From Eutreptiella sp. 'Long Island Sound 2002' (lineage: Eukaryota > Protista > Euglenida), in NCBI GenBank assembly GCA_964036045.1, contig OZ038378.1, forward strand, positions 171,616,001-171,680,000: a stretch of 64,000 nucleotides of DNA, read 5' to 3'. The notes below the pieces were generated by a model. The model saw only the letters and a program-made list of their open reading frames with translations. It had not been told where the DNA came from and did no database searches. Numbering within the stretch: the stretch's first letter is position 1; the number at the start of each line of letters is the position of its first letter. The position numbers and the translations under genes were made by a program. Positions 46,751 through 61,294 of the stretch are shown here, in pieces.

Positions 46751-49325
46751 AAACCGTACATTCTATCATTTTAGCAACATTTGTGTGGTAGGCCACCATC
46801 GACTCAATTTTCTTTCTGTGCCTTTGGTCCCTTTGGCCTCTGCCATTAGAGCCCTTTCCCCAACCTCCAACGCCAGTTTTTTGGGCCCGTGACCCTCTCT
46901 GAAGGTCGAAAACCCGCCGTCCCCAAAAATAAGTGTCCTCACAACCTCTGCATCAGCACACTGCCCGATTCAATTGTGTGCGATGATAGGTTGACACTGG
47001 GATCCGGGCCCTCCACCCTCAATCTGGAGGAGACTCCGTTTGCCAGTACATTTCTCATTTGGCCCACTGTGCAGAAGCACAGTTGGCAAGTCCACTTGCT
47101 TCTCACAGCCCAGTATGGGCACCAGCAAGCTCGTTGTGCTGATAACCCTCCATCAGTGACAGTACTTCAGTCTGAAATCATAGAAACAATGATTTGCCCC
47201 CACCCAAACAGCCCCCGCCACGTTCCATTGCCAAGCGAGAACAAGAGCCATGGCAGCAACCAAAAGGGGTTAAACAATGACAAGGTACAAAATATCAGGG
47301 CTCAAGCCCTGCCCAGGTAATTAGGGGCCCTGTCAGATTTCACCAGGGGCAGTATCTCTCGCAGTATGACATGCGAATTACTTAACTCTCCGGCGGACCC
47401 GCATCCCCACCACTGGGATCTCGCCAGGGCATAGCTCGTGCCAGGGTTTGGTCCACAAGGCCCCCGACGACGAGGGACTCAACCTCAGGGATCACCCCCA
47501 GAGACTGAATCCGAACTTCCGCCTCATCGTCATCACACGTTTCAAGGTCTGCTTTGAACGACGCCCATGCCTTCTGGACCTCAACGGATGTGTCCTCATA
47601 CGGAATCTGGCACATTTGGGCCTCCTTTTCTGCAGTTGCAGCTGCCGACTTAGGGCTGGATTGAGCCCAACGGCATGGGACCTGCAAGCAGGGCAGTGCT
47701 CAAAGCAGATGCGCAGATTGGAGACCTTTAGGAAGATGGGCCAGGGCATTAGCCACACAGAACATAGTGGGCTCACCCGCAAAGGGGTCCATACATGATG
47801 AACTATGACAGATATGCCCTGTGCACACTCACCAGGGACGCACTGCGCTCAGAGCCCGAGACTCCCCTGATGTCCCCCCTTTTTGTAAATGTGTTGGCAT
47901 GTGTATGGTCTATGCCTGTTTGTATGTCATTCAACCGGCTCTCTTGACCCTGCTGCTGCTGCCCAGTGACTGCTTGCTGCTGCTTTCATCTGGACCCAGA
48001 GTCCACACACACATTCTGCCATGCTCTGCATCTTATTTCTGTGGCTCCCTGCTGCTGTCAGAGAGCACGCATTTGGACCGTTCTCAGGGGTGGAAAATAC
48101 AAAAAGTGCAGGGTTGAAAGTGGTGCAGGCGATCACCAGATTGGATTTTGAGCCACACAGTCCGAGATATGGCAAATTTGAACCAAAATGCACATTCGAG
48201 GCTATTTTGGCCCAGACTGGGGCCATGTGAAGTTAGAGGCCACGCTTTTCAGACACCAGCAAAATAGAGCAAATCCATAGAGGCACAACCATGTCTGGTG
48301 GTTTGGCCATATTGGGGCATTTTGGGCAAAGGAAAGAACCAAACTGGGACTTTCTGCAGGGCACCAACCCAACTTGGTGCCAACAATCCAAGCCTCCGTT
48401 GCTGAGTTTCTGGCTGGAACTCTTATTTGGGAAAACCACATGTCAATGCAAAATGTAGCAAGAAGGGAGTAGAAACTGAGACGTTCAGAGTTTGGGGCTA
48501 TCACAACAACAAATTTCGAAAGTGCTTGCTTGCTTGTTGCAAGCTACATTTAGATTTAGGGGGAGACGGTGGCAGGGGGGAGGGGGGGGTACAGGGGGAA
48601 ACGCAGACGGGTGCTTATGGGGGGAAATCACAGCACCTCTACGACCTCCTTCTGAGGTCCTGCCCATTCTTTCAACCCATAGGGATTGGTAGGGAGTTGG
48701 GTCGGAGTTCTGGTGTTTAATCACTTGTAACTGCGTCATCGACAACGCACAAGCAAAATACTGGACAATGGGAGGTACACTTGAGCGCCACAGGTGCTGC
48801 AACGGCCAATAATAATTATCTTATAGCCCAAAAACACCACAAGGAAAAAAAAAACACCATTCGACAGCCATTTGGTGTATTTGTGCACAAAAATGGTATC
48901 TGGGAGGGTGCACATTGATCTCTTGACACCATCACTTCCAGAGACTATGGCCGGGCTCAAGGTGCAAAGCATGGTAGGGATCCACACCCTGGCTGACTTA
49001 TTCCAAAGGCTGACTGCAAGCGAGTCACAGGGTTGCCCCTCCCAATTGGTGCCTTACTATTTCGCAACCGGAGGCACAATCTTGTCAGCAACCAAGTGGC
49101 TGACAATATCTTGATAGACATTGATTGATTGGTTGGCTGTCGTGAACAAATGATTTAGGCATAAGGCGGGATGAAAATTGCTCCAGGGGGTAGGGGGGGC
49201 ACAGCGGCCCATTTCCCAAGACCCCCCCACCTCCTTGTCCACCGTGCCGGGACCCATTTCCAGCCGCCCATAACAATCCACAGTATGCCATCAAGGCCTC
49301 CTCCCCACAACATGTATGTAGACAC

Positions 49326-49937
49326 AGGGGGGGGGGGGTTCGCTGCGGGAAATTTTCGCCATGGGATATTTTGCAGCGGGTTTATTTCGCATGCAGTCCT
49401 TAATTTGCTGTGGGAAATTTCGCACCCACATGCTGTGAGCTGACCTTTAGTTGGTGGTGGCTGCTGTTATTTGCTGATGCTTTGCAGTTGACTCCTAGAG
49501 GGTTGTTGTTCCTTCCTGATGAGTTGCTGGTTGCTGGTTGTTGTTACTTCATGGTTGTTTTTGTTATTTCCTGGTGGTTGCTAGTGTTTTCTGATGCATT
49601 GCTGTTGCCGTTCAGTCTCTGCAAGGCACAATACTCTGCACTCAGACCATTGAACAAAGGCTGCAATAAACAGTTGAAGAACTGTTTTAGATGGCTGCAA
49701 AATGACAATCACAAGATCCCCCATTACAGATTCTGATGGCAACATTTCTCTGTTTCAGCTCTTGTGGAAGGGCACAACAGACTTATGCTCAGGCAACTGT
49801 TGCACAAGACATTTTGCTAAATTTCGCAGTGGGTTTATTTCGCACAGCGGCCTGAAAATTATGTGGGAAATTTGGCACAAATTTGAAACGCGAAATATCC
49901 CCCGTCGAAATATTCCCACCGCAAACCCCCCCCCCCC
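49326..49937. mobile_element. ~610-bp MITE with CAGGGGGGG-type imperfect TIRs
   Basis: Left (G)nTTCGCTGCGGGAAATTTTCG...GGATATTT is inverted relative to right AAATATCCCCCGTCGAAATATTCCCACCGCAAA(C)nTG. Right flank TA. Confidence 0.6.
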
Positions 49938-52900
49938 TGTACCATCAGGTGTGGTATTTTTGTTTAAGGCACAAAGACCCCTATGACTCTCTTGCAACCT
50001 GGCTACCCTCGGAGACTTTCCCAACACCACAGCCACCAGGTGAGGCGCCACATGAGGATGCCCACGACAATGCTGCTGAAAAGGCACAATGATGATAACA
50101 ATGCAACCGCCACCCCCAGATGCACCAGGTGGGGCGCTGCATAGCAGCCGCAATATGCAGATAAATGTGCAAACTTATCTGTGGAAGTTCAGTTTTTGTT
50201 GCCAGGATAATACATACCAAATGCTTTCATGCTGCTGAAAATTTGACAAGAGTAGTAAGACAAGTAGCAGATAGTGACAAGTGGCAAACAATTAATCAAT
50301 CGTCAACAGAAGCAAGCACACACACACACGCACGAACACACACACACATACACACACACCTTTTCCCCGGTTGTTCGCAACCTTTGCTGCCCTTTCCCAC
50401 AGTTTCCCCCATTTTTCGTGGCTTTTGCCAAAAATTGTCCACTAGCTCTTGGTGTCAGCAATTTTGGAGCCTTGGTAAAATTCAGGGAAAGTCTGTGCAG
50501 TGTGCGTGTACTACACTGCACGAGTACCATGCACATGTTTGGGGACTAGTTCCCCTGACTCATTGTTCATTATCATTGTGATCACACTCCACTTCATCGA
50601 AAAGTTCTTCGTGACATGGCAGCTCTATGCATGTGCATGTGCACCACACCCCTCATTGCTGATGGGGTATTGTGACCTCCTGGGGTCCACGGCGTTTTCA
50701 GCCCACATCACACTCACACCTTGTTCAGTGCTCCCAGCAAAACTTTCTTTGCCTCACCTTGGTAAAGCATAAATTCGTAAATATGTCCGTCTTTCTTGTG
50801 CGGTGTATGTCTCCACATTTGTAATGACACCTTGCACGAGGGAATTGTGAGTGGCAGGAGGTCTAAAACAAAAAAAGCATTAAGTCACAATGATGTGGTG
50901 ACTGACGGTCTTGTATGCCAGCATACCAGGCACACTCGGAGTGGGGATGGAGCTGCGACTGTGGTCCAAATTTGTCAAGGGCAGCCAAATCACAAAGCTC
51001 AAACATGCTGAACCCCATACAACTGTACACCACCATATCCCATCATTTTTCCTTCTGCATCGGCCATACACCATAAACATCTAACATACTTTGTGGAAGT
51101 AATCTGGCTGCCCCACAACTTGTTCCAGGTTCCATTGCTCCTCAACAATGTAAACTTCCTCCTGAAAACTCACCTGTCACATTGCGATAGTAGCAAATGC
51201 AAAAACAGGGCCCCCACAGCCTTCCAAGAATTGAATGAAAAAAGGATGTGTGCTAGGCCTCTCCAAGGGCCAGCGCAGAGGACTCTTACTCTACTATACA
51301 CGATGCAAAGCACTAGAATTATGCTAATGGTTGTCCCCAGAAATGTGCAATGCCCCCTTGCTAGCTGTGTCAGATGCACCAATGAGACGAGACAACCATC
51401 TCTTGCACACTTCCTTACATTGCACAGCAGATGACCTTTCCTTGGTCTTTGGGGGGGGGGGGGGGTGCGTCACGCTACAAGCACACGGCAAACACGCCGC
51501 AAGTGCGTCGCATGTGCCACAAGGTAAGGGTAATGAGCTTTGGTGTACACTGTCCAGGAAATAAACAACGGAATAAAAACTTCCGTGCACATTGATGGGT
51601 TGACACCATCGCTCTCTGCAATGGGTAGAGACCACGGGCCCGGCTCAATGTGCAAAGCGTGGTAGGGAATCCCACCCTTTCATGTGGTTAAGGAGGAGGG
51701 ATGTCATCCCCTTGGTCAGAAGAAGCAGAGCCCCAATGTGACTCCTTCACCCACGCCCCTTGGATAAGGCAACATGTGTGACAAGATGTGAATCCTCAAC
51801 CGTGCTATGGTTGTGCGTAACTGTGTAGCATATCTCCCTCCAGCTCCAATTCTGACTCCAACTCCACCTGCAATTCCAACTTTGACTCCAACTCATGGTC
51901 TCCCGTCTGTCGTCTTTTTTGGGCAGACAATAGTTCACAATTAAGATTTTCGCGTCTGCAGCAGCGTGGCAAATTGATACTCACCGATGGTGATTTTGAT
52001 CTAGTGTTCATGTTCATTGCTTTGTGTGGACTAGCTTGACCTCATGCTCTCAGGACCCTCTGTCGGCTGAATCTGACTACTCACCTGATGATAAGCAGGT
52101 TTTCCCACGATCAAAACGTGAACTAAATAACTGCCACATGCGGAACGCAATGAAACAAGTATATCATAGGAGTCCCCCCCCCCCCCCGTTAATGTAGGGG
52201 GTCAAGCAACAACATGTGATGGTGGATGATGTTGTGCTATGGTGGGAGGATGGGGTAAATGTGGTGCAACACATTGTGCACGTGGAGTGCACAGCATGCT
52301 TTTTTTTTGACAATTTTTTCTTATATGTTGTGCTTTGCTATTTTGTCATTTCAATTCCGGACCCCAATTCCCAATCCCCAAGGGTCCGGCCCCGCCCCGT
52401 CCCAAACCTGCCCCAAACGAGACAGTGCCCAAGCTAAGGCATGGGCTAAGGACGTTCAAGCAATGTTCAAGCCAGAATCTTTTACTATGTTCCATTTGTG
52501 GTGAATGGTAGAAGAAGAATTTGCCCCACTTCTGTGTGTTCAAAATATACAAAATGAAACCAGGACTCGAACAAAATTTTGAACCCTTGCCCCTTCCCCG
52601 CTTCTTCATACAAACCAAACCGCCTCCCACGTTGCTCCACATCCGGATGGTCACTCCATTCACGCGACTCACACGTTACGCTGCTCTCCTTCCCGTTCCC
52701 CTTTGTGTTGTGGTGTGTTTCCACTAAATACATTGCGCCGTTCTGCATCCAATACATCCTCACAGGGCCCAAAGTCCGAAGCACTCGACACACCACTCCA
52801 TACCCTAGGCCAAGGGGTCCCCAAAGTGAGGAGAAATCAATATGGCAAAGGTGTCCTTGTAGTGGGGAGAAATCAGTGAAACCATTTTAGGGACCCTTTA

Positions 52901-55900
52901 CCCAAAGACAAAAAAATTTTCCGGGCACCGCTCGCGTCCAAATTGGCTGTTCCCTATTGCCGCCACTTGATATGGATGGGAGGTCCAAGGGGGTTGGGGT
53001 CCAGCCCAACGTATAAGACCCCCCATGTCTCAAGGTTGATCAACAACCCCCATGCTTTGTGGTAAGTTGAACCATAGTATAAACAGCTACCCCGTGTTTT
53101 TTTCGATTTGCACGCAACAACCACATGGTACCGTGACAGTTGGAGTTTGAGTCGAATGCGGATGAGTCAGTGTCAATGGCACACATTTTGGCCCCATGGA
53201 CTTAAGGTCTTTAAGCTACGGGCTATTGTCTTTCAAGATGTACCTATCAGCCCTTTGGTAGAGCGGGGAATAGTCGCACCGCACACAGGCCACATGCTAC
53301 TTTTGCAGCACATACACCCGAAATGTTTAATACTTTGTTTTACCCCTCCCGATATAGCCCCTAAGAACAGCAAACACTTTGGCCACAAAAAATGTAAACA
53401 CCCCTTCCCACAAACATTGCACAGAGCATGTCTAGGTACATGTGACACATTAGCTTGTTCAATCTATCTATTATTGTTTAATTTAATGCGTGATGCCTTG
53501 ACCTTGCGGGAGGCAGCTTGACACCGCGTCAGCAAGCAGCTCAGCATTACCTCACCATATTCCTTGGAGAATAAACATCCTCGAGGCAGGTCATGCCATT
53601 TTTAGAAGAAAAAAAAAAGCAAAGCAATTCTAGTGGTTGTCATGAACTCAGTGGCAGACCACTATTCCTCTGGCAAGACTCATGGCTCCACACCCTGGCA
53701 ACATCTACAGTGATATGGGTGGAAATCAGAATTTGGCTATGGTGCTTGGCGGCTGCCCAAATTGGGGCGAATGATGCCTGACAAGATGATCATTCACAAA
53801 ACTGTGAGCAAAAACTAGCCGTCTATAGGTCGTCGCAAGTGGAGGTGGTGGGTGACCTGGGGTTTTCAAATTCAGGTATGCGAGAGGGATGTGGCGGGTG
53901 TTGTATGCATACAAACGCACTTGCATGACCAAAAACATACTTTTTCTCACTGTTGGTTTTCACACTTGCACTTCTACCGACCAGTGGCGCTTCTACCGCC
54001 CAAGCTCGACTCACATGCCAAAAGACCCAAGACAATCAAGGCAGGGCGGTAGCTGTATGACAATGCCTTCAAGGCAAAGAGCATACGTAGAGCAACCTGT
54101 TGGACGAGTGTCAAGTCCTGCACACTATTCAGCATCGCTGGTACCGCGGAATCTGGCGCCCAAAATCAGCCCCGAGACTGCCATTTCCATATGATACCCC
54201 ATCCTTTACAGGAATTCTATCACCATTGTGCAACTGCAAACCCTGCTCAAGAAAAGCAATTATAGGTGAAAGCCTCCGTGGAGGTTGTACAAAACCTCCC
54301 TGGCAAACATATATGCGTGCCAAATACCATTGTATATCCCTACACCCCAATGAGGGGGCCTTCTGCTTAAATGCCCAACGCCAACAAGGTTGTTTGCCAG
54401 CCACAGGGGTCCCAGGCCAGGGGGGAGTTGGATTTGGTGGTTGATCGTAAGGCTCACAGGATGCCTGGGGGTGCACTGTGGTGTCCCGTACAATATTGCA
54501 TGTGGGCCAGCCATGCCATATGAGATGCACTCCCAGGCTGAGGAAGGCCCAGGCCCGCGCACCATGAGATCAGCATCCACCCCTAAATGTGCATGGCTTG
54601 CTTCCTCACCAACTAACCACTGTGGCATAGGCATAGTGGGTTTACAGTTCGTGCAGTCAAGTCCAGTGGAAGCACATACCCGCCTTTGGATGGAGGATTT
54701 ATGCGATGCGGTCTTGGGGGACAAGAACATCTGGGAACTCCAATCACTTCCAGCCTATGAGCAAAAAAACAGGCCTTGAATGCACATGTGACACACATAC
54801 ACACACGAACACGCACACACACACACACACCATCCTGGCAATGAGAAGCTACTTAGAATGTTCTCGGACCACCTGCCCTCAGAATGCGGGGGCTTACTTC
54901 GAAATCGTGCCTGAGTTTTGCAGCTTTGGCTGCCATGGGTGTTGCATTCCACCACACTAAGAAACTGAAAATGGAGATGCAGGTCAAAAGTGGATATCCA
55001 AATTCATCACTCACATTTTCCAGGGAAAAAAAAGTTCCACTTTCAGCAGCACAACTTGCTGTTGTGGTCTGCGGCACAGAAAAGCTGAAAAGCTGTCCTG
55101 TGCAGCCCTAGGACTGCACAAGTGCAACAAGTTAAGGGCAATCCACTGAATTCTGAATTCCACCCCCACCCCCACCCCACCCTGACCCCGCTTTGTCGTG
55201 ATGTTCCCCCCCCCCCGGGCGGGAGGGGGCAGTCGTGATGTGACGATCCCCCCCCACCATCACAGAGCCATAGCACTATAACTGCAGTGCATGCAAAATG
55301 CCGGTAGTGTCAATCTGGAGACCTAAGATGCTGTCCAGGGATCCTTGCACTATTGGCTCGCTGTGCACTGCTTTTGAGACACACTATCCAAGAAAACCAC
55401 CAAATTGATCCCATTCCAAACGTCCCAGCAAACTAGGCTCTGAACAATCCAAATACACATGATTGTTGTTGTTGCTCCCTGCCTTCCTTGGACAATGGAA
55501 GAAGCATGATTGATAGACCATGGACCATTCTCTGCACTCTGCATCAAAGCTGTGAGAGTCCACCTTTGCAGTTCCGGGTGAACTCCTAGGGCTTCTACAT
55601 GTTTTGAATATACCATGGTCAGCAATTAAGGGTGGAAGTGCAAGAAAGGCTTAGAAACCTCCCCTGTTTACCCCCACCTCCTCGCTTCACTTCCCAACAA
55701 CTGCTACCTCACCTCAAGGGTACAAATCGGTTTTTGGTTTCATGCCACTATTTCCTTTTCGTACTGCTTTGCTGTCCTTCGTTGATCCAGAATCATTGTT
55801 GTGTATCCCATGTAAGCAGCAATCAACAAAACATGCAAGGCGGGCCCAATGTTGTTGAAGAAATGGTGAACCTGTGAGGAAGTTGAAACATGGTGAAAGG

Positions 55901-58791
55901 GTGTGCTTGTGCTCGGGTGTGTTCCTTCTTCCACTCTCAGTCATGTAGCCACTCTGCATTGTTAAAACCACAGCCATTTGTGTTGCTTCTCTTGCAGCCC
56001 CCGTGATCACTAGAACCAATAGGGTCCCAAAATGAGGAGTGCTCCACTGCAAAATGCAGGGTGCTAGGCATAGATGCCACCCCTCACCTTACCACGGGCA
56101 CCCCAAGAGTGGGGCTTGGTGCCCCAGGTGCCACGGTGCCGCCCGCGGTAGGAGCTTCTCATGGGGGACCTATAGGTAGATGGCTGTGTTGGCAGCGCAA
56201 ATACACTCATAGACAAAAGTGCAACTTGCCATACCAATGGCAGAAGAAGCACAATCAACCTAGGCCCTTCACATGCTTGCCATTGCCCACCCCTTCTTTT
56301 GTTTTGTGCTTCCGCCAATCCAAAGTACAGCCCCATCTGGGGAGTGGAATTGTGGCTATGCCACAGTCTGTAGTGGTCTGACTTGCCGGTCTGTTCGAGG
56401 CGTTGACAATCACCCCTCGAATTTCCGGTATTGGTACATTCAACTATCAAGGTATGCCTCTAGGCCACGCGCCATCTCTCGACGCTTTTCCCCTCAAATA
56501 TATTTACCTGGCTCTCTCTCTCTCAGCTCACTTCTCCTCTGCACTACTTTGTTCTCCTTCATTTTTTGACCCCTTCTCTACCCTCTTTCCTAGCCTTGGT
56601 CCACAGTGACTCTTGTTTTGTCCTATAGTGCTGCAGAGTCTGATATATCCAGTGTATTGCTTCAGGGCGTTTCTTGTCCACGCATGTTTCATGCCTCCGC
56701 CCACAGTGCACTTTCCTCCCACGCAGCTTGCACAGAAAGCTCATGCTTGCCATTGCCAACCCCTTCCCCCAAGGGGGCAGCATACCTAGGTGTCCCGTTA
56801 CACCACAAAGACTAAGGCTAACTCATCCTCGTCTAGTTCGGCGTGGATCATTCTACCTATGGTAGGTCAAGGCATGATACGTGGCAATGCAACATGAAGT
56901 GGTTGCCCGTGTCTGGGTTGACTGGGGGCTATTGGAAAGCTGCACTAACCACATTGACCAACAGCGTGCTGTCTGACACTAGGAGAAGCTATGGGGCACC
57001 ATCTGGGCAGAGGCTAAGCTGGTAAGACAAGGGGTAAAATCATATCCCCACACTGACATCATGAGCAGTAATGGCATCCGCTGGCATCCGGCGTCACTGG
57101 GGCGGAGGCACTCCTTCCGTGGGTATGGCCCATGCCATGTTCCATTCCAGCAGAGCCAAGTGTCGACAGGGCCTACAAACCACCCATTGGGAGTTGATTT
57201 GGAGCCCTCCGGCATCAATAACCTCCCCCAAAGGTGGTGCCTTGGTGGAAGCCACCCTCCTAGCACCTGGCTAACAAAGCTGTGGAGCTGTGGAGTGATA
57301 TTGGAACTGCGGGGCAAGGGGTCTCTGGTTGTGATGTCATTTGCACAGAGGCCCAAGATGGCCCAGAGGATCAATTGTCTTCCATAGGGGGATGGAAAAG
57401 TAGACCAGCGGTCCAGAACATGAGCTGAACAAATTTGCAAAGAAAAAGAGGGGAGAGACATGACCCTCTCCGGCTGGAGACACCCAAAAGATAGAAGCCA
57501 AAAGAATCCATGAAAGATGGGAGCCATATTGGCTCCCAAGAGCCTGAGGTGCACCTGTGGACACTCAGTGGAACGTCATACTGCTTTTGGCTTGGATGTG
57601 GCGTCAGCAGGTGTGGGTAGTGCTGTCCCTGGGTCCGTTTTTGCGCTATTTGTATAGAACCCATTAGTATGCATTGTGGCGAAACACTGTCTCTGTGCGG
57701 TCTTTCCAACATACCCAGCAGTTCAAGGCAATGGCAAAGCTGAGCCACATGCTTTGTCCCGCGCTGTGCTTGACCGGCAGCAGACCACAGGCCCCAAGGT
57801 TTGGTTATGCGGTTCAAAGGCGGTCAGACAGGCTCTGGTCCAGGGATCGGTACCCCCCCTCCATGTCCATGACCTGGGCCATCTGCCTCATCGCGAGGGT
57901 GCCTCATCGCAAGGGTGCAGCAAGTGTCATTGCCAGTGTCGACAAAGGTGCAGTTAGTTGCGCCTTTGGTTGGTACTACTCACTTCACAATTCGGTCACG
58001 CCAGCTTAAACTGCTGGAAGCACTGCCACAGGGATTTGAATGTTGTGAATGCTCGGTTGCCAACCTTGCTTGTATCAAACTGTGAGCCCTGCTGCTTGTT
58101 GTGACTGGGTGGCGGCAATCAAATCAACAACTACATCCAGCAATGCAGCAAACAATCTGTTCATTTCCAGGCTCTGCTGCAGAGCACTTGTTGCCGTTAG
58201 ACAACAGTTTAAGGACATTGGCATGGGACACGAGCATAGGGTGATCTTTGGAACCAATTCTGGACCGGGTTGAATGCCAGGGCTGAGGTCCGAGGCCTTG
58301 GATATCACACCATAGAGTCGGTGGGGCTCGGGTCCGAGGCGTTGAATTGATGACTGACACGCGATGGTGCGGCCGCTGGTGTTACGGTACAATGGTGCTC
58401 TGGTGTGTCTGTGCTGCTGATCGACAGATGTTTATGTACGCTTTGATCATGGTGAACGGGGTGGGTTGCATCACGAAGGCTGGAACAACTCTTTGTGGAG
58501 CTCAACGCAGCACCTGTGTTTGATGGGATGCACCCCATGCCTGAAGAGAAAAGCTGTGAAAGAGTGCAAAAAAGAAAAGCGCAAATAAGCCTTGGATGTT
58601 GTTGTCCTCAGCCCATAAGCGAAGCAAAGCACAGTTTGTTGTTTCGTCTTCCATGAGCCAGTAGATGCACGACCATGGGCAGCCATGCATGGCTGGAGCC
58701 AAGTGGCGGGTCCTCACACTGACCTTTTGCAGCCCTCGCAAGTCAACACCACAGCAAAAGGAAAAAATCATCCTTACCCCATCCCCACCTA

Positions 58792-59367
58792 CCCTGCCCC
58801 CCCCTTGCAAACTCCCGGGTTAGCGCGCGACGGTCTCCCGGGTGGGGGGGCGAGACGGTCGCCAAATGACGGTCTCCTGGGGGGGGGGGGATTGCAAGGG
58901 TATTTTAAGGCAAACTGTGGTACCCTCCACCGATGCAAGCAAAGAGAACACGTGTGAAGCGACTTTCGCATTGATGCGGTGCCGATGTGTTTCATCCAAC
59001 ACTAATGTTATTGAGGATCCAAAGGAACGGTGAAGAGCTTCTGGGTACGAGAATAACACACTTTGAACTGTTGCACATGCTCAGTTTGCATGACAGGCAT
59101 GACCGTACATGGTCACCGGGAGAAAACATCTTGGGTCTGAAGTAGCAACACAACACACCCATACAACGCCTTCAGAGAGAGAATATCACAGAACACACAC
59201 AGGTGCTTGATTTGAAGTAATGGGAAAGCAATGCGAGGCCATGCGTAAAGCAGATGGGCAACACAAACCAGCACAATACATGTTAACTAGAAAAACATGG
59301 AAGTGACGGTCTCCCGGGTGGGGGGGGGAGATTGCAAGGGGGGGGGTTTGCAAGGGGGGCGGGAGGG
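58792..59367. mobile_element. TIR element, copy 2 (same family as 37443-38032), TA on both sides
   Basis: TA|CCCTGCCCCCCCCTTGCAA ... TTGCAAGGGGGGCGGGAGGG|TA. 59102-59340 matches 37767-38010. Confidence 0.8.
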
Positions 59368-61294
59368 TAGTAACAGAGTAAGGAGTGGATGTGGTGGAAA
59401 CGAGCAAAAAAATGGATGAAAATGGGTGAAACTAGGTGAGAATCCAAATATACCACATCCTGAATGTGAAAGAAGCATCAAAACACCCGCTGTCAAACAA
59501 CAATAATGCCCATAGTATCACAAAGCATGGGGTTCTAGGACGGCTAGACGTGCAAATAGTTGCACTGCGCGCGCACTGCACTTAGTGCACCCCCTAAAAG
59601 GTCACCGGTGGGGCACAGGTCAAAAAAAATGCCCGGCGCGCACCCGGCGCGCTAACGCTCCCCCTATGTCCCCCATCTTGATTGGTGCTCACACACAGGA
59701 CACGCAACAAAAAAACAAAAAAACGGACCGAAAACTGCCTGATAAAGAGAAGGCAAACAATTGTTTGAGTACAAACAAGGGTTTGTCCTTAACCCGAAGT
59801 GTGAACGATGTACTCTCCTTCGCTTAGCATAAGTACAGGACATGCATCACTCGACATGGTGTCCACATCCACAACCTCCTTTCGGCTATGTACAGCCACA
59901 CGGCGGTACTTCTTGCTTTGCGATGGGATTTCTGTGCTGCCGGCTGATGAGGAGGATGAATCAGAACTATCTGCACTTACAGTAGAGCCACTGGATATGC
60001 ATTGGGCGAATCGGGAAAAAGATACCACGAACCTATAGGAAAGGATGCACAACAACACATACCAATGCACCAGAAATGAGGGCAAAGCATGCATGCAACT
60101 CATATAAATGCATAACAAGGCTCATTGTTACGGGTACTAGGCACTACTATGCAGGTTGGGCATGATCCTGTACAAACTTTGTGCACAGCGTGCAATACGC
60201 CCCCCTAGTGCCACACAATGATAGATGTTTCTAAAGAAATCCCAATGCCACAAAATGAACAAAATTGGTACCCTGTGCCACCATGCCTGTCGTTGTACCT
60301 CCCTATCCCCTTGAATAGTAACCGCCTGCACACAACGGTATCCTCACACACCCTAGGGAACATACCCAATTTGACGGTTCCCTTGTCCCCGAGGGGACAC
60401 AAAGGACACATGACACGAAGCAAAACATGCAAACACGAGAGCATATGAACCACAAAATCACCTGGAAACTGCCCGTTGGAAAACGGAGGCTCTGGGTGCC
60501 ACTTTTTCTGGTGCGATTCTTTGACTTTGAAAAGCTGCACATGCTCAACAGGGGCCACTGGAATGGGCTCTAAAGCTGCGGGCAACAGCACCAGGTGAGT
60601 AAGGCGAGTACGTGTCAATATGATCAACATACATGGCTGAAATTGCGAAAAACTAAGTGTTCTGCATGATAACAAACTCGAGGTACACAGCAATGCACCA
60701 ATAATACTCCCCCCCCCCTTGTCCAAGCACCGCCAAAAGCACAGAAAACGACGGTTTCACCGGGTAGTGGTGCTTGGACAAGGCCGGTGACTGCGCACGG
60801 CACCAATGTTTTCAACTCGTGACGTGTCCCCTATACCCCAGGGTGTGTCTAGCACAAAAGCAAGGACACATTCAGCAGCACAGCACTGCTGAACTCTAGA
60901 CTCTGTCAATCTGCATCACAGTTTCTCATGTCATGGGCTGATTCGGTGAGTGGGAATTACATGGGCTCAGAATAAAACCCAGTGCCCTGCTACTACTGCT
61001 GGCGATTCACGTTCTATCTCCTGTGTGTGTTGTGTATGGTCTTGTTACACAGCTGGCGATCTTGAAGAGTCCGGGGGTGAAGGCACAGCAATGGGGAATG
61101 TTATGTTGGCCAGCGGCGCACAGTCATGGTGCACCACGGAGGGGGTGTTTTCGCACAGCGCGCGCACAGTGCCAATTATTACACCGTTTATCCCGGGAAT
61201 ACCCCTGAAAACCACCCACCTACAGAAGCATGCATGCTCAATTCCAAAACTGTGCAATTGAAGCGTGTTGTGTTCTCATCATCACATTTGTCCA

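Noticed and set aside
56900-58400. Possible third gag/YR remnant
   Set aside because: Only faint motif traces (H..RRSYGA, RRHWGG) with several frameshifts. Orientation and identity could not be supported.
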